Positions 14,407 through 24,044 are shown, counted from the first letter of the stretch. The stretch is 29,885 nt of DNA from an uncultured Dehalococcoidaceae bacterium (GCA_964503235.1 CAZCZJ010000013.1:1-29885); one strand, 5' to 3'. The notes: generated from the letters alone by a model not told the origin. A program made the numbers and translations.

Positions 14407-16514
14407 TAAATTTTACACAGCGTTCCCCTGGTCCTTACCGAGCCGCAGATGGGCTCCCGGGGCGGGTCGCCGGATAAGACGACGTTGACATTCGAGTCAA
14501 AGCAGCCGTGTTCCGGAGCCGGTTTCTCCGGGAACCACCATCCGTGCGGCGCATGGACAACTCCGGGGTGCACGTCGGTGGTGAGCTTCGCTTTGAACCT
14601 GACTCTTTCTCCCTTTACCTGCGGCGTTTCCAGCCAGACCCAGTCGCCTTCGGCGATGCCGTTTTCAGCGGCTGTATCGGGATGTATATCAAGGAGAGGG
14701 TCCGGTCTTAGCTTTCGTAATCGTGGTATCTGGCGTCCCTCGGTGTTGAAATTTGATATGCTTCTGCCTCCGGTAATCAGAATCAGGGGATATTCAGGCA
14801 GTAGTTCCGGTGTACTGACCGGACTTTCCGGTGGCTCGTGATAAACGGGTAACGGGTCATATCCGTGTGACTCGAATGTGGTGGAATACAGTTCTACCTT
14901 GCCCGTCGGGGTATTAAATCCTTTCTCGATGTATTTCTGATACTTCATGGGCTCTACAATGTACCCCTTCTTTTGCAGGTCCTGGAATGTAATGCCCATA
15001 CTTTTGACCATATCATTATTGAGTTCATCGGTGTCTTGCCAGGGCATCGGTGTCCTATCCGGCCAGTTTATTCTCTTTCCCAGCTCGATAAGCATTTTTC
15101 TATCGTCCCAGCACTCGTAAAGCGGCTCTATAACCTTCTGCCCGGCAGCGATGTAATTGGTATACATTAGATTCGGGAAATCACCCATGTCGTCTTTCTC
15201 CAGCCAGGTCGATGCCGGGAGTACAAAATCGGCCAGTTCGGCGGTGGGCTGCATGAAGAAATCGGCAACTACCAGTAAATCGAGACTTTTCAATGCCCTC
15301 CACATTTTTTTACTGTTTTGCATATTAACCACGGGATTACCCGTCGTGCAATACATCGCTTTGATTGAATAAGGGCCTTCGCCAAGCATGGCTTCGGCCG
15401 CTAGGGCGCAGTGCACGAATCCCTGCGCAAGCGGGAATTCCTTATTGCCGATACGCTTCTCCCTGATTTCTGGTTTGAGACTCAACTTGTGGGTGGGATT
15501 AGAAAATCCTTCGGGCAGCGACTGAAATAGATTGCCGCCTTTTACATCCAGGTTTCCGGTGAGGGCTATTAAAATGGCGAAGGCGCGGCTGGATTGAGTT
15601 GAATTGATGTTGTGTTCCACGCCGATGCGATGGTGCAGGACGGCCGGTCTGGTGGTAGCGTAAAGTCTGGCCGCTTCTTTGATACTGTCAACCGACAGCC
15701 AGGCTATTTCAGATACTTTTTCTGGGGTAAATGCCTGTACGTGGTCGTGTAACTGTTCGAAGCCGTGGCACCACTTGTTGACGAATTCTTTATCGTAGAG
15801 CCCTTCATTGATAATAATATTAATCATACCGAGAGCCAGAGCTAAATCAGTGCCGGGTCGTATCTGTAACCACAGGTCAGCCATCGCCGCCAGGGTCGTG
15901 CGGCGCGGGTCAATGACAATCAGTCTGGCGTCCCTTTTTCGTTTGGCCTGCACAATTTCCTCACCACGCGGCGGATGAGAGACAGTAGGATTGGCACCCC
16001 AGGCCATTATGCAATTGGCATGCTGATAGTCCGGCCCGATTTCCATCATGGTTGTCATTACTCCATACGTGCTCCTTTCGGCTACGGTCGAGGGAGCGAA
16101 ACAGATGTGATTATCAACACTTATTCTATTGGGTGTACCCAGCATCAAACAAAACAGGTGGGCGGTATTATTTCCCGTTCTGGGACCGGTGCCGGTCATA
16201 ACGGCAATCGACTCCGCGCCATATTTTTCCTGGACTTCAGTTAGCCTGGCGCCGATTTCATTTAAAGCTTCATCCCAGGAAATTCTCTGCCATTCTCCTC
16301 TTCCCCTCTCCCCGGTACGCTTCATGGGGTATTTCAAACGGTCGGGATGGTAGAGAAGCTCGGGCTGAGCCTGTCCCTTGACACAAACGAAACCCCGGTT
16401 CATGGGGTGCCTGGGGTCTCCCGTTACCCTGGTTACTTTTCCATCCTCTACGTGAACCAGTACGCCGCAATTACAATGGCAAGCCTGGCAAATACTCCGT
16501 ACTATTTTCTCCAT
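14391..16514 (-). CDS. Molybdopterin (bis-MGD) oxidoreductase catalytic subunit, DMSO-reductase superfamily, cytoplasmic, no adjacent FeS subunit
   Basis: Start moved to ATG 16514 (MEKIVRSICQACHCNCG...), which has GAGAGGTG 3 nt upstream. The ORF-track start at 16562 lies inside the predicted -35. FeS motif CQACHCNCG...VCVKG. C-terminal GDWVWLETP barrel. No Tat signal. Confidence 0.9.
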   Translation of the reverse strand: MEKIVRSICQACHCNCGVLVHVEDGKVTRVTGDPRHPMNRGFVCVKGQAQPELLYHPDRLKYPMKRTGERGRGEWQRISWDEALNEIGARLTEVQEKYGAESIAVMTGTGPRTGNNTAHLFCLMLGTPNRISVDNHICFAPSTVAERSTYGVMTTMMEIGPDYQHANCIMAWGANPTVSHPPRGEEIVQAKRKRDARLIVIDPRRTTLAAMADLWLQIRPGTDLALALGMINIIINEGLYDKEFVNKWCHGFEQLHDHVQAFTPEKVSEIAWLSVDSIKEAARLYATTRPAVLHHRIGVEHNINSTQSSRAFAILIALTGNLDVKGGNLFQSLPEGFSNPTHKLSLKPEIREKRIGNKEFPLAQGFVHCALAAEAMLGEGPYSIKAMYCTTGNPVVNMQNSKKMWRALKSLDLLVVADFFMQPTAELADFVLPASTWLEKDDMGDFPNLMYTNYIAAGQKVIEPLYECWDDRKMLIELGKRINWPDRTPMPWQDTDELNNDMVKSMGITFQDLQKKGYIVEPMKYQKYIEKGFNTPTGKVELYSTTFESHGYDPLPVYHEPPESPVSTPELLPEYPLILITGGRSISNFNTEGRQIPRLRKLRPDPLLDIHPDTAAENGIAEGDWVWLETPQVKGERVRFKAKLTTDVHPGVVHAPHGWWFPEKPAPEHGCFDSNVNVVLSGDPPREPICGSVRTRGTLCKIYRDTA

Positions 16515-16533
16515 ATTCACCTCTCGATACCGT

Positions 16534-16562
16534 ATTTTACACTCACGAGTGCGTATGAGCAA
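16534..16562 (-). promoter_or_regulatory. Sigma-70-type promoter for the 14391..16514 gene
   Basis: Minus strand: TTGCTC (16562-16557), 17 nt spacer, TAAAAT (16539-16534). Confidence 0.45.
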
Positions 16563-16589
16563 GAAAGACTACGCGGGGATAGCTTAGTT

Positions 16590-16618
16590 TTGACATGAAT
16601 CTATAACTTTTGTATACT
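16590..16618 (+). promoter_or_regulatory. Sigma-70-type promoter for the AthL-like gene (divergent from the previous one)
   Basis: TTGACA (16590-16595), 17 nt spacer, TATACT (16613-16618). This would give a 5' UTR of about 90 nt. Confidence 0.5.
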
Positions 16619-16712
16619 TGCCACGAGTCCTATTAATCCAATCGTAATACACAGGAATTGCGTATTTAAAGAATTACGAAATGCTCGCGAGATAATGGAG
16701 GGATATTCATAA

Positions 16713-19352
16713 ATGGCAGATAAAAATAGCAGGATTATTAATCGGGATGCAGAAGAAACGCACGTAAGGTCGGTTGGCTTTCTGGGCTTACCCGGTGGCG
16801 GTGCCGAGGGAGCGGTCGACGTTAAAAACGGGAAAATAGTCAGGATAAGACCGCTGCACTACGACTGGAAATACGATAAGAATAAATTGAATCCGTGGAA
16901 GCTGGAGAAGAACGGTAAAACCCTGGAACCGCTGATGAAATCGCTGCCCGGCACATTTTCGCTGGCTTATAAGAAACGAGTGTATTCTCCCAACCGGATT
17001 AAATACCCCTTAAAGAGGGTCGACTGGAATCCCGATGGCGAGAGGAACCCGCAAAATAGGGGGAAGAGCAAGTACAAGCGAATCTCCTGGGACGAAGCTG
17101 CCGAAATCGTTGCCGGTGAAATAAAGAGGATTCATCAAGAGTACGGTCCGCTGTCCATACTGACCCAGCAGGAAGGACATGGTGAAAACAAGTGGCTGCA
17201 GGGCCCTCACGGTATGCCTACGCTGCTTCTCAGGAAGATGGGCGGCTATACGCAGCAAATCAGGAACGCCGATAGCTGGGAGGGGTGGTACTATGGCGCC
17301 GAGCATGTGTGGGGACAGGGACTTTTCGGTCATATGTTCCCGGCTAATAACGTTATCAAGGATATTATCGATAACTCTTCTCTGCTGCTGGTCTGGGGAG
17401 GCGACCCGGAAACGACAACCTGGGGCTTTTGCGGTCAGCTTGCCAGCCGCATATCCTATTTCTGGACGGAAATCGGCATAAAACAGGTATATATCTGCCC
17501 CGAGTTGAATTACGGCGCCGCCGTTCATGCCGATAAGTGGATTCCGGTGCTGCCCAATACCGATGCCGCCCTGCAATTAGCGATTATCTACACCTGGATA
17601 AAGGAAGGCACTTATAACAAGGAATATGTGGCTACCCATGCTGTCGGCCTCGACAAGGTAGAAGCTTATGTCATGGGTAAAGAAGATGGCGTCCCCAAGA
17701 CGCCCGAATGGGCTTCCCCTAAATGCGGTGTCCCGGAATGGACGATTAAAGCACTGGCGCGAGAGTTCGCCGCCAGGATAACTTCGATAGTACACTTCTT
17801 CGGCGGCGGTCTGATACGCGGACCGTGGTCCAGCGAACCGGCCCGATTGGAATGTATCATGCTGGGAATGCAGGGACTGGGCGGTCCCGGCGTTCACCAG
17901 TGCCAGATAACCTGGCACGGCATGCCCCGAAGCGAAAAAATACAGAGGAACAAACTCTACACTTTCGGCTCATCCAGTGCCGGCACCGAATACGACTTTG
18001 AGAACAGAGTGATGTATCCCATGAGGGGAAACAGCCGCGTTAACCAGAAACAGTTCTTCCCCAAGACGATGTTCCACGAAGCCATCCTTAATCCGCCCTG
18101 CAACTGGTATGGCAAGAGCCAGTGCTCGGCGCCGCCTGAAGACCAGTTTATCCAGTATAAATATCCGGCTGACGGCTGCCCCGAAATACACATGATTTGG
18201 ACCGATAGTCCCTGTATGTCGACCTGCTGGAATCAGGGGACCAAGAATGTCGAAGCTCTAAGAAATCCCAAGATTGAGTTCGTGGTGCACCAGCATCCAT
18301 GGCTTGAAAACGACACTCTTTTTGCCGATGTTATTTTACCCGCCTGTACCACCTACGAAGTAGACGATATGATGCCGAACTACTGGCCGGGCCTGCAGTT
18401 TAGTAATATGATGTATATGAAGCAGGCGGTCAAACCCATCGGAGAATCAAAGAGCGATTACGAAATAGCTGTCGAGATTGCCAGAAAGCTGGGAAAAGAA
18501 GAACTTGTTACCGAGGGCAAGAGTCTGGATGAATGGTTTAAGTGGACTTATGAAAGCCTCGGGCTACCTGACGTGATAAGTTGGGAGGATTTTAAAGAGA
18601 AGGAATACTACGTTTTCCCGATAGCTAATGACTGGGAGAAAGACTCGCCCGGTTTCAGATTGTTTTACGATGACCCGGAGAAAACCCCCCTCCCCACACC
18701 GACGGGTAAGCTGGAGTTCTACTCGGCGAGGCTAGCCGAGCATTTCCCCGATGACTTGGAAAGACCGCCGATACCGAAGTGGATTGAAAAGAGTGAATGG
18801 CATGACGAAAGGCTCTCCGGTGAAAGGGCCTCAAAATACCCACTGCTGATGATGTCTAACCACGGACGATGGAGGATGCATGCCCAGTGCGATGACATCA
18901 GCTGGACAAGGGAAATCCCGACCTGTAAGGTCAGGGCCTGGGACGGCTACATGTACGAGCCTCTCTGGATTCATCCCCAAACGGCTGCCGAGAGAGGCAT
19001 CAGCGATGGTGATATCGTCCGGGCGCATAATGAGAGAGGGTCGGTTCTCTGCGGCGCGCGCGTCTGGGAAAGAATCATGCCCGGGGTGGCTTACGTCGAC
19101 CACGGCTCAAGAGTCGATTGGATACTGCCCGGAGAACTCGACCGGGGAGGCGCTATTAACCTGATATCTCCGGAAAAAACCGTATCCAAGAACTGCGTTG
19201 GTATGGCCAGCAGCGGTTACTTGGTTGAAGCCGAGAGAGTTAGTATGGTACAAATGGAAGAGTGGCGACAACAATATCCCGAAGCCTTTGAGAGAGAATA
19301 CGACCCGGCCTCGGGACTACGTTTTAATTCCTGGGTCGAGGGCGATATTTAG
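16713..19352 (+). CDS. Pyrogallol hydroxytransferase (transhydroxylase) large-subunit-like molybdoenzyme, AthL family
   Basis: 879 aa with no N-terminal FeS Cys motif. Several blocks match my recollection of Pelobacter acidigallici AthL: IKYPLKRVDWNPDGERNPQNRG, NADSWEGWYYGAEHVWG (contains the Ser ligand position), DGVPKTPEWASPKCGVPEWTIKALAREFA, FADVILPACTTYE and RAHNERGSVLCGARV. Confidence 0.8.
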   Translation: MADKNSRIINRDAEETHVRSVGFLGLPGGGAEGAVDVKNGKIVRIRPLHYDWKYDKNKLNPWKLEKNGKTLEPLMKSLPGTFSLAYKKRVYSPNRIKYPLKRVDWNPDGERNPQNRGKSKYKRISWDEAAEIVAGEIKRIHQEYGPLSILTQQEGHGENKWLQGPHGMPTLLLRKMGGYTQQIRNADSWEGWYYGAEHVWGQGLFGHMFPANNVIKDIIDNSSLLLVWGGDPETTTWGFCGQLASRISYFWTEIGIKQVYICPELNYGAAVHADKWIPVLPNTDAALQLAIIYTWIKEGTYNKEYVATHAVGLDKVEAYVMGKEDGVPKTPEWASPKCGVPEWTIKALAREFAARITSIVHFFGGGLIRGPWSSEPARLECIMLGMQGLGGPGVHQCQITWHGMPRSEKIQRNKLYTFGSSSAGTEYDFENRVMYPMRGNSRVNQKQFFPKTMFHEAILNPPCNWYGKSQCSAPPEDQFIQYKYPADGCPEIHMIWTDSPCMSTCWNQGTKNVEALRNPKIEFVVHQHPWLENDTLFADVILPACTTYEVDDMMPNYWPGLQFSNMMYMKQAVKPIGESKSDYEIAVEIARKLGKEELVTEGKSLDEWFKWTYESLGLPDVISWEDFKEKEYYVFPIANDWEKDSPGFRLFYDDPEKTPLPTPTGKLEFYSARLAEHFPDDLERPPIPKWIEKSEWHDERLSGERASKYPLLMMSNHGRWRMHAQCDDISWTREIPTCKVRAWDGYMYEPLWIHPQTAAERGISDGDIVRAHNERGSVLCGARVWERIMPGVAYVDHGSRVDWILPGELDRGGAINLISPEKTVSKNCVGMASSGYLVEAERVSMVQMEEWRQQYPEAFEREYDPASGLRFNSWVEGDI

Positions 19353-19371
19353 TGAATATATTTTAAATGTT

Positions 19372-19395
19372 TGTTATAATTTATTATAAATTATA
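19372..19395 (+). promoter_or_regulatory. Extended -10 promoter candidate overlapped by a 21 bp perfect palindrome
   Basis: TGtTATAAT at 19372-19380. TATAATTTAT-t-ATAAATTATA at 19375-19395 is perfectly palindromic. It lies about 30 nt upstream of the ABC ATPase ATG. The AT-only composition weakens its significance. Confidence 0.35.
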
Positions 19396-19426
19396 CAAAT
19401 AACTGAAAGAGCGTTCGGTAAAACAC

Positions 19427-20386
19427 ATGACCACCCCGGTAAACACGGAAGTAAATACGGATTCAAAGCAGGAAAAAGATATCATCCTGCGGACTATCGG
19501 TCTGACAAAACGCTTCGGTAAACTGGAAGCGGTTAAAGACCTTGATTTAGAGATATACCGGGGAGAGGTGTTTGGTTTCCTGGGTCCCAACGGCGCCGGT
19601 AAAAGTACCACCGTAGGTATGATTCTGGGACTCATTACCCCTACCTCCGGCAGTCTGGAACTATTCGGACAGAGGCTTGATAAACACCGGTGGTCAGTTT
19701 TAAGGCGCGTAGGAGCCATTATTGAGGAGCCCGCCTTTTACCCCTATCTTTCCGGGAGGAATAATCTTAAAGCCCTGGCAAGGGCTATCGGGGACATTCC
19801 TGCCGCCAAAATACCTGAGGTACTGGAGCGGGTAAATCTTGCGGACCGTGCCGATGACCGCTATAGCCATTATTCCATGGGTATGAAACAAAGACTGGGA
19901 ATCGCATCGACATTACTTCGCGACCCGGAACTAATTATTCTCGATGAGCCGACCAGCGGACTCGACCCCGCCGGGACCAAGGAAGTGCGTGACCTGATTC
20001 CGCAGCTGGCACATGAACACCGGGCTGTCTTTCTATGCAGTCACCTGCTGCATGAAGTTGAGCTGGTTTGTGATAGAGTAGCGATTATTAAAGAGGGGAT
20101 TATGATTGCTAATGCCCCGGTTCGCGAGCTGCTGACGAAGGGGCAGCTACTGCAGATCAAAGTAGACAATCCCGGTGAGGCTGCTTCCATTCTGGAAAAC
20201 ATATCCTGGGTAAACTCGGTAAAAATAGAAGACGACTACCTTATCGTGGATGTACCCAAGGAAAGTGACTCGGAAGTAAACAAGGCTCTGGCCGAACATG
20301 GTATCTATGCCTCCGAGCTGGTAAGCCGAAACGTAAGCCTCGAGAGCGTATTCTTGCAGTTAACTGGCGGTGAGAGCGGTGACTAA
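19427..20386 (+). CDS. ABC transporter ATP-binding protein (ABC-2/CcmA-type exporter)
   Basis: Walker A GPNGAGKST, signature YSMGMKQRL, Walker B LIILDEPTSGLD, H-loop CSHLL. Confidence 0.9.
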   Translation: MTTPVNTEVNTDSKQEKDIILRTIGLTKRFGKLEAVKDLDLEIYRGEVFGFLGPNGAGKSTTVGMILGLITPTSGSLELFGQRLDKHRWSVLRRVGAIIEEPAFYPYLSGRNNLKALARAIGDIPAAKIPEVLERVNLADRADDRYSHYSMGMKQRLGIASTLLRDPELIILDEPTSGLDPAGTKEVRDLIPQLAHEHRAVFLCSHLLHEVELVCDRVAIIKEGIMIANAPVRELLTKGQLLQIKVDNPGEAASILENISWVNSVKIEDDYLIVDVPKESDSEVNKALAEHGIYASELVSRNVSLESVFLQLTGGESGD

Positions 20387-21239
20387 ACTTATTGCAGCCG
20401 AACTCTTTAAGTTACGCAAGCGACTCATGTCGAGGGTGCTGCTGTATGTCCTGGTCGGCGTCCTGGTCGTATTTTATCTCATATTGTTAGCGGTCTCTCA
20501 GGCGCTTCCGACAGGCAGTAATCCCCGCCTCGGCGACATCCAGAATCTCCTGGGGCTTCCGGTGGCTATCCCCTTTGCGTTATCGATGATTGCTGGTTTT
20601 GGCACCTTACTGGCGGTGATACTCGTCGCCAGCTCGATAGGGAACGAGTACAACTGGCGTACCATCCGGACGATGGTCATTTCCAGCGAAAGCAGGTTCA
20701 AGCTGCTCGGTGCCAAGCTGATTTCGGCGGCTATTTTAGTACTGATAGGAATGGTTATCGGTGTGATCACTGGCTTCGTGATGAGCCTGATTACTACAGC
20801 CATCGGAGGCTATGCTTTTAATTTCGACTTTTTAACCGGAGAATACCTGTGGGAGCAGTTCCTTCAGTTCTGGCGTACCTTTTTCGTGCTGATACCCTAC
20901 GCCACGCTCGCTTTTCTCTTCGCCATTGTGGGGCGCTCGGCCATGGCGGGCATTGGCCTGGGTATCGGTGTCTATATCGTGGAGTCGCTGATTACAACAT
21001 TCATGGTCCTCGCCGGCGGCTGGGTAGCGCGAGTACCTGATTATCTCCTGGCTAACAATGTAAACGCTATTACCGCACTGGCCAGTCTTCCCGAGGGATT
21101 TAATATGGGCGGCGGCTTCGGGGACATTACGTTCCAGATGCCCGGAGTGACCCATGCCTTTATAACGCTTACTATTTACAGTCTGGCTTTCCTGGCAATA
21201 GCTTTTTACGTCTTCCGCAAACGTGACGTAGCCGGATAG
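20370..21239 (+). CDS. ABC-2 family transporter permease
   Basis: 289 aa, about 6 TM segments. N-terminus LIAAELFKLRKR is typical of ABC-2 permeases. A GTG start overlaps the ATPase stop. An alternative GTG at 20379 is possible. Confidence 0.8.
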   Translation: MRAVTKLIAAELFKLRKRLMSRVLLYVLVGVLVVFYLILLAVSQALPTGSNPRLGDIQNLLGLPVAIPFALSMIAGFGTLLAVILVASSIGNEYNWRTIRTMVISSESRFKLLGAKLISAAILVLIGMVIGVITGFVMSLITTAIGGYAFNFDFLTGEYLWEQFLQFWRTFFVLIPYATLAFLFAIVGRSAMAGIGLGIGVYIVESLITTFMVLAGGWVARVPDYLLANNVNAITALASLPEGFNMGGGFGDITFQMPGVTHAFITLTIYSLAFLAIAFYVFRKRDVAG

Positions 21240-21266
21240 TCTGTCACCGGAAACAAGGAGTAAATC

Positions 21267-22280
21267 ATGAAACTTCCTTACGAATTGAAAATCGATGCCT
21301 ATGCCCACATCATACCGCCGAAGTACGGGGAAGCCCTCCACAAGGTTGCCCCCAAGATGTACGAAGAGCAGGTGCTGTACAGTCGGCCGCTCTGGGACCT
21401 GGAAAGCCGTTTCCGTATAATGGATAAATACGAGCCTATAAAGCAGGTACTAACTCTGGGACGGATTCCCGTCGAGCACGTCGCCGGACCGGAAAAAGCA
21501 GCCGAGCTGGCGAAGCTGGCTGACGATGAAATGGCGGAACTTGTCGCCAGATATCCTGACAGATTTGTGGCGGCTTTAACATCCCTGGCCATGAACAATA
21601 TGGATGCTGCCCTGGAGGAAACCGACCGCACCATAAGAGAACTTAAATTCAGGGGTGTCTATCTGCATACGCCGGTGGATGAAAAGCCGCTGGATAATCC
21701 GGAATTCTTGCCCCTCTACGAGAAAATGGTTGAGTACGATTTACCGATAGTCATCCACCCCATGAGAAAGGTCAGCCACCCGGACTACCTGACGGAAAAA
21801 GAGTCTAAGTATAATATGTTCAGCCTTTTCGGATGGCCCTATGATACGACATCGGCCATGGCGCGTCTGGTGTTCAGCGGTATCATGGAGAAATATCCCA
21901 ACCTGAAGGTAGTAACGCACCACTGCGGCGGTATGGTACCGTTCTACGGGGAACGTATAAAGCAGTTTACCCAGGTATTTTATTCCCGGAGAGCAGGAGA
22001 TGCCGAGCCTTTCTTCCGGAAAGACATCGTTGACTACTTCAAGATGTTTTATGCCGATACGGCTATTTACGGCAATCCCAAGGCTCTGGAGTGCGGACAT
22101 GATTTCTTCGGGCCGGACCGTATATTGTTCGGGATTGATTTCCCGTTAGGCGATACCGAGCACGGCGACAGGAATTACCGACAGACGATAAATGCGATAG
22201 AACAGATGGATATCACCGAAGAGGATAAAAAGAAAATCTACGAGGACAATGCCAGGAAGCTAATGCGTTTGCCAGTATAA
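21267..22280 (+). CDS. Amidohydrolase-2 (ACMSD/LigW-type) family decarboxylase/hydrolase
   Basis: 337 aa. N-terminus KIDAYAHIIPP (family motif ID.H.H..P), then IVIHPM, VVTHHCGG and FGIDFPL. AAGGAG lies 7 nt upstream. Confidence 0.75.
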   Translation: MKLPYELKIDAYAHIIPPKYGEALHKVAPKMYEEQVLYSRPLWDLESRFRIMDKYEPIKQVLTLGRIPVEHVAGPEKAAELAKLADDEMAELVARYPDRFVAALTSLAMNNMDAALEETDRTIRELKFRGVYLHTPVDEKPLDNPEFLPLYEKMVEYDLPIVIHPMRKVSHPDYLTEKESKYNMFSLFGWPYDTTSAMARLVFSGIMEKYPNLKVVTHHCGGMVPFYGERIKQFTQVFYSRRAGDAEPFFRKDIVDYFKMFYADTAIYGNPKALECGHDFFGPDRILFGIDFPLGDTEHGDRNYRQTINAIEQMDITEEDKKKIYEDNARKLMRLPV

Positions 22281-22367
22281 AGTTTCATATTCATTTCCAT
22301 TAATGCTGGGGCTAATATTCGGAAAATCGAGTGAGTGAATACAACGTAATATTGGAGTCTCCCAAAC

Positions 22368-22397
22368 TTGACAAGGGATGTAGAACAAGCATACTAT
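22368..22397 (+). promoter_or_regulatory. Sigma-70-type promoter candidate for the FAD/FeS/FAD operon
   Basis: TTGACA (22368-22373), 18 nt spacer, TACTAT (22392-22397). This would give a 5' UTR of about 125 nt. Confidence 0.4.
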
Positions 22398-22525
22398 TTT
22401 GGGGGACAAAAATCTCAGCGTTGACCGAAAAACATCCAACTTTCCAGTAAAACCTGGTTCTGCGTTTCAGGTGCGTGCTTAAAAATAGAGTAGCTTATTC
22501 TTGAATAAAGTGAAAGGGGGCAAAA

Positions 22526-23992
22526 ATGGTTGCCAAAGAAAAGCTGGTGAAAATTGTCGGGGCAGCCAACGTTAGTGACAAACAGGCTGCGTTGGACGAA
22601 TATTCCAGTGATATCAGTTTCGTGAATCCCGTCAGGCCAGCATACGTGGTCAAGCCCAAGAACACGGATGCTATACAAAAGCTGGTAAAACTGGCCAATA
22701 AAACTCAAACACCACTGGTTCCGGTGAGTTCGGGCCCTCCCCATTTCCGGGGTGATACCGTTCCCGGTACTGGTGGGGCCGTTATCGTGGATTTAGGCGG
22801 TATGAAAAAGATAATATTTGTCGACCGGGCGCGCCGTGTTGCCATGATAGAGCCCGGAGTGACCTTCGGTGAACTTATACCAGCGGCGGAAAAGGAGGGC
22901 ATCAGACTCAATATGCCGCTGCTGCCGAGGAAGTCGAAGACCGTCATTGGCAGTATGCTGGAGAGAGAGCCGGTAATAATGCCCAAGTATCAATGGGATA
23001 TATCGGACCCGTTAGCTTGTGTTGAGGTTATCTTTGGAAGTGGAGACGAGTTTAGAACCGGGCAGGCGGCTGGTCCGGGTACGGTAAAGGAGCAGTGGGA
23101 CGTCGGGGGTATCCAAAAAGCGCCGTACGGACCCGGTATCGCGTCCTGGCACCGGCTTATCCAGGGCTCTCAGGGGACCATGGGTATCGTCACATGGGCA
23201 TCGATGAGATGTGAAATACTCCCCAGTCTCGAAGAGCCTTTCGTGGTTGGCTCCTCCAACCTCGAGACGCTGCTCGAAATGACTTCCTGGCTGATAAGAC
23301 TGAGGATGGTCAACGAATGCTTTATACTCAATAATACCAACCTGGCGGCTATCTTCGCCAAGAAATGGCCCAAGGACTATCAGACCATCAAGGATGTCTT
23401 ACCCACTTGGATTCTTTTCTATAATTTAGCGGGGTACGAGTATCTCCCGGAGGAAAGGATTAGCTCTTATATTACCGACATCAATGAGATAACCCAGCGA
23501 CTGGGCGTGGAAGCGGTAAAGGCAGTCGGTGAAGTTTCGGCAAATGAAATACTAAAAGCGGTCCAGCAGCCTTCAGCAGAGCCCTACTGGAAGCTCCGTT
23601 ATAAAGGGGCCTGCGAGGACCTGTACCTTTTAACCATCCATGATAAACTCGAGGGTCTGATCGGGGAGATGAATGACCTGGCTGATAAAGCTGGCTACTC
23701 TTCTTCAGACATGGGTATTTACATTCAGCCGATAGTACAGGGCACCGGCTATCACTGTGAGTTTAATCTGTTTTATGACCCCGGAAATTCAAGTGAGCGA
23801 AATCGAATTAAGGAGCTGTCCGCTTCGGCCATCAAGAGCTTAATGGCCAAGGGCGCCTTCTTCTCAAGGCCTTACGGTGAAAGTGCCGGGATGATTCTAA
23901 ACAGAGATGCGGCTACCGTCGGGGTTTTAAATAAACTCAAGAATATGTTTGACCCCAACCATGTCATGAATCCGGGGAAGGTGTGCTTCTAA
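22526..23992 (+). CDS. FAD-binding oxidoreductase, PCMH/FAD_binding_4 type (GlcD/D-lactate dehydrogenase-like)
   Basis: 488 aa. The N-terminal region VVKPKNTDAIQKLVKLAN...LVPVSSG...VIVDLGGMKKI...EPGVTFGEL is typical of the FAD_binding_4 fold. Confidence 0.8.
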   Translation: MVAKEKLVKIVGAANVSDKQAALDEYSSDISFVNPVRPAYVVKPKNTDAIQKLVKLANKTQTPLVPVSSGPPHFRGDTVPGTGGAVIVDLGGMKKIIFVDRARRVAMIEPGVTFGELIPAAEKEGIRLNMPLLPRKSKTVIGSMLEREPVIMPKYQWDISDPLACVEVIFGSGDEFRTGQAAGPGTVKEQWDVGGIQKAPYGPGIASWHRLIQGSQGTMGIVTWASMRCEILPSLEEPFVVGSSNLETLLEMTSWLIRLRMVNECFILNNTNLAAIFAKKWPKDYQTIKDVLPTWILFYNLAGYEYLPEERISSYITDINEITQRLGVEAVKAVGEVSANEILKAVQQPSAEPYWKLRYKGACEDLYLLTIHDKLEGLIGEMNDLADKAGYSSSDMGIYIQPIVQGTGYHCEFNLFYDPGNSSERNRIKELSASAIKSLMAKGAFFSRPYGESAGMILNRDAATVGVLNKLKNMFDPNHVMNPGKVCF

Positions 23993-24044
23993 AGTGCATT
24001 AAAAGAAGTAATTAATTATTGAATGAAAATAGGAGGTAGCGAAG

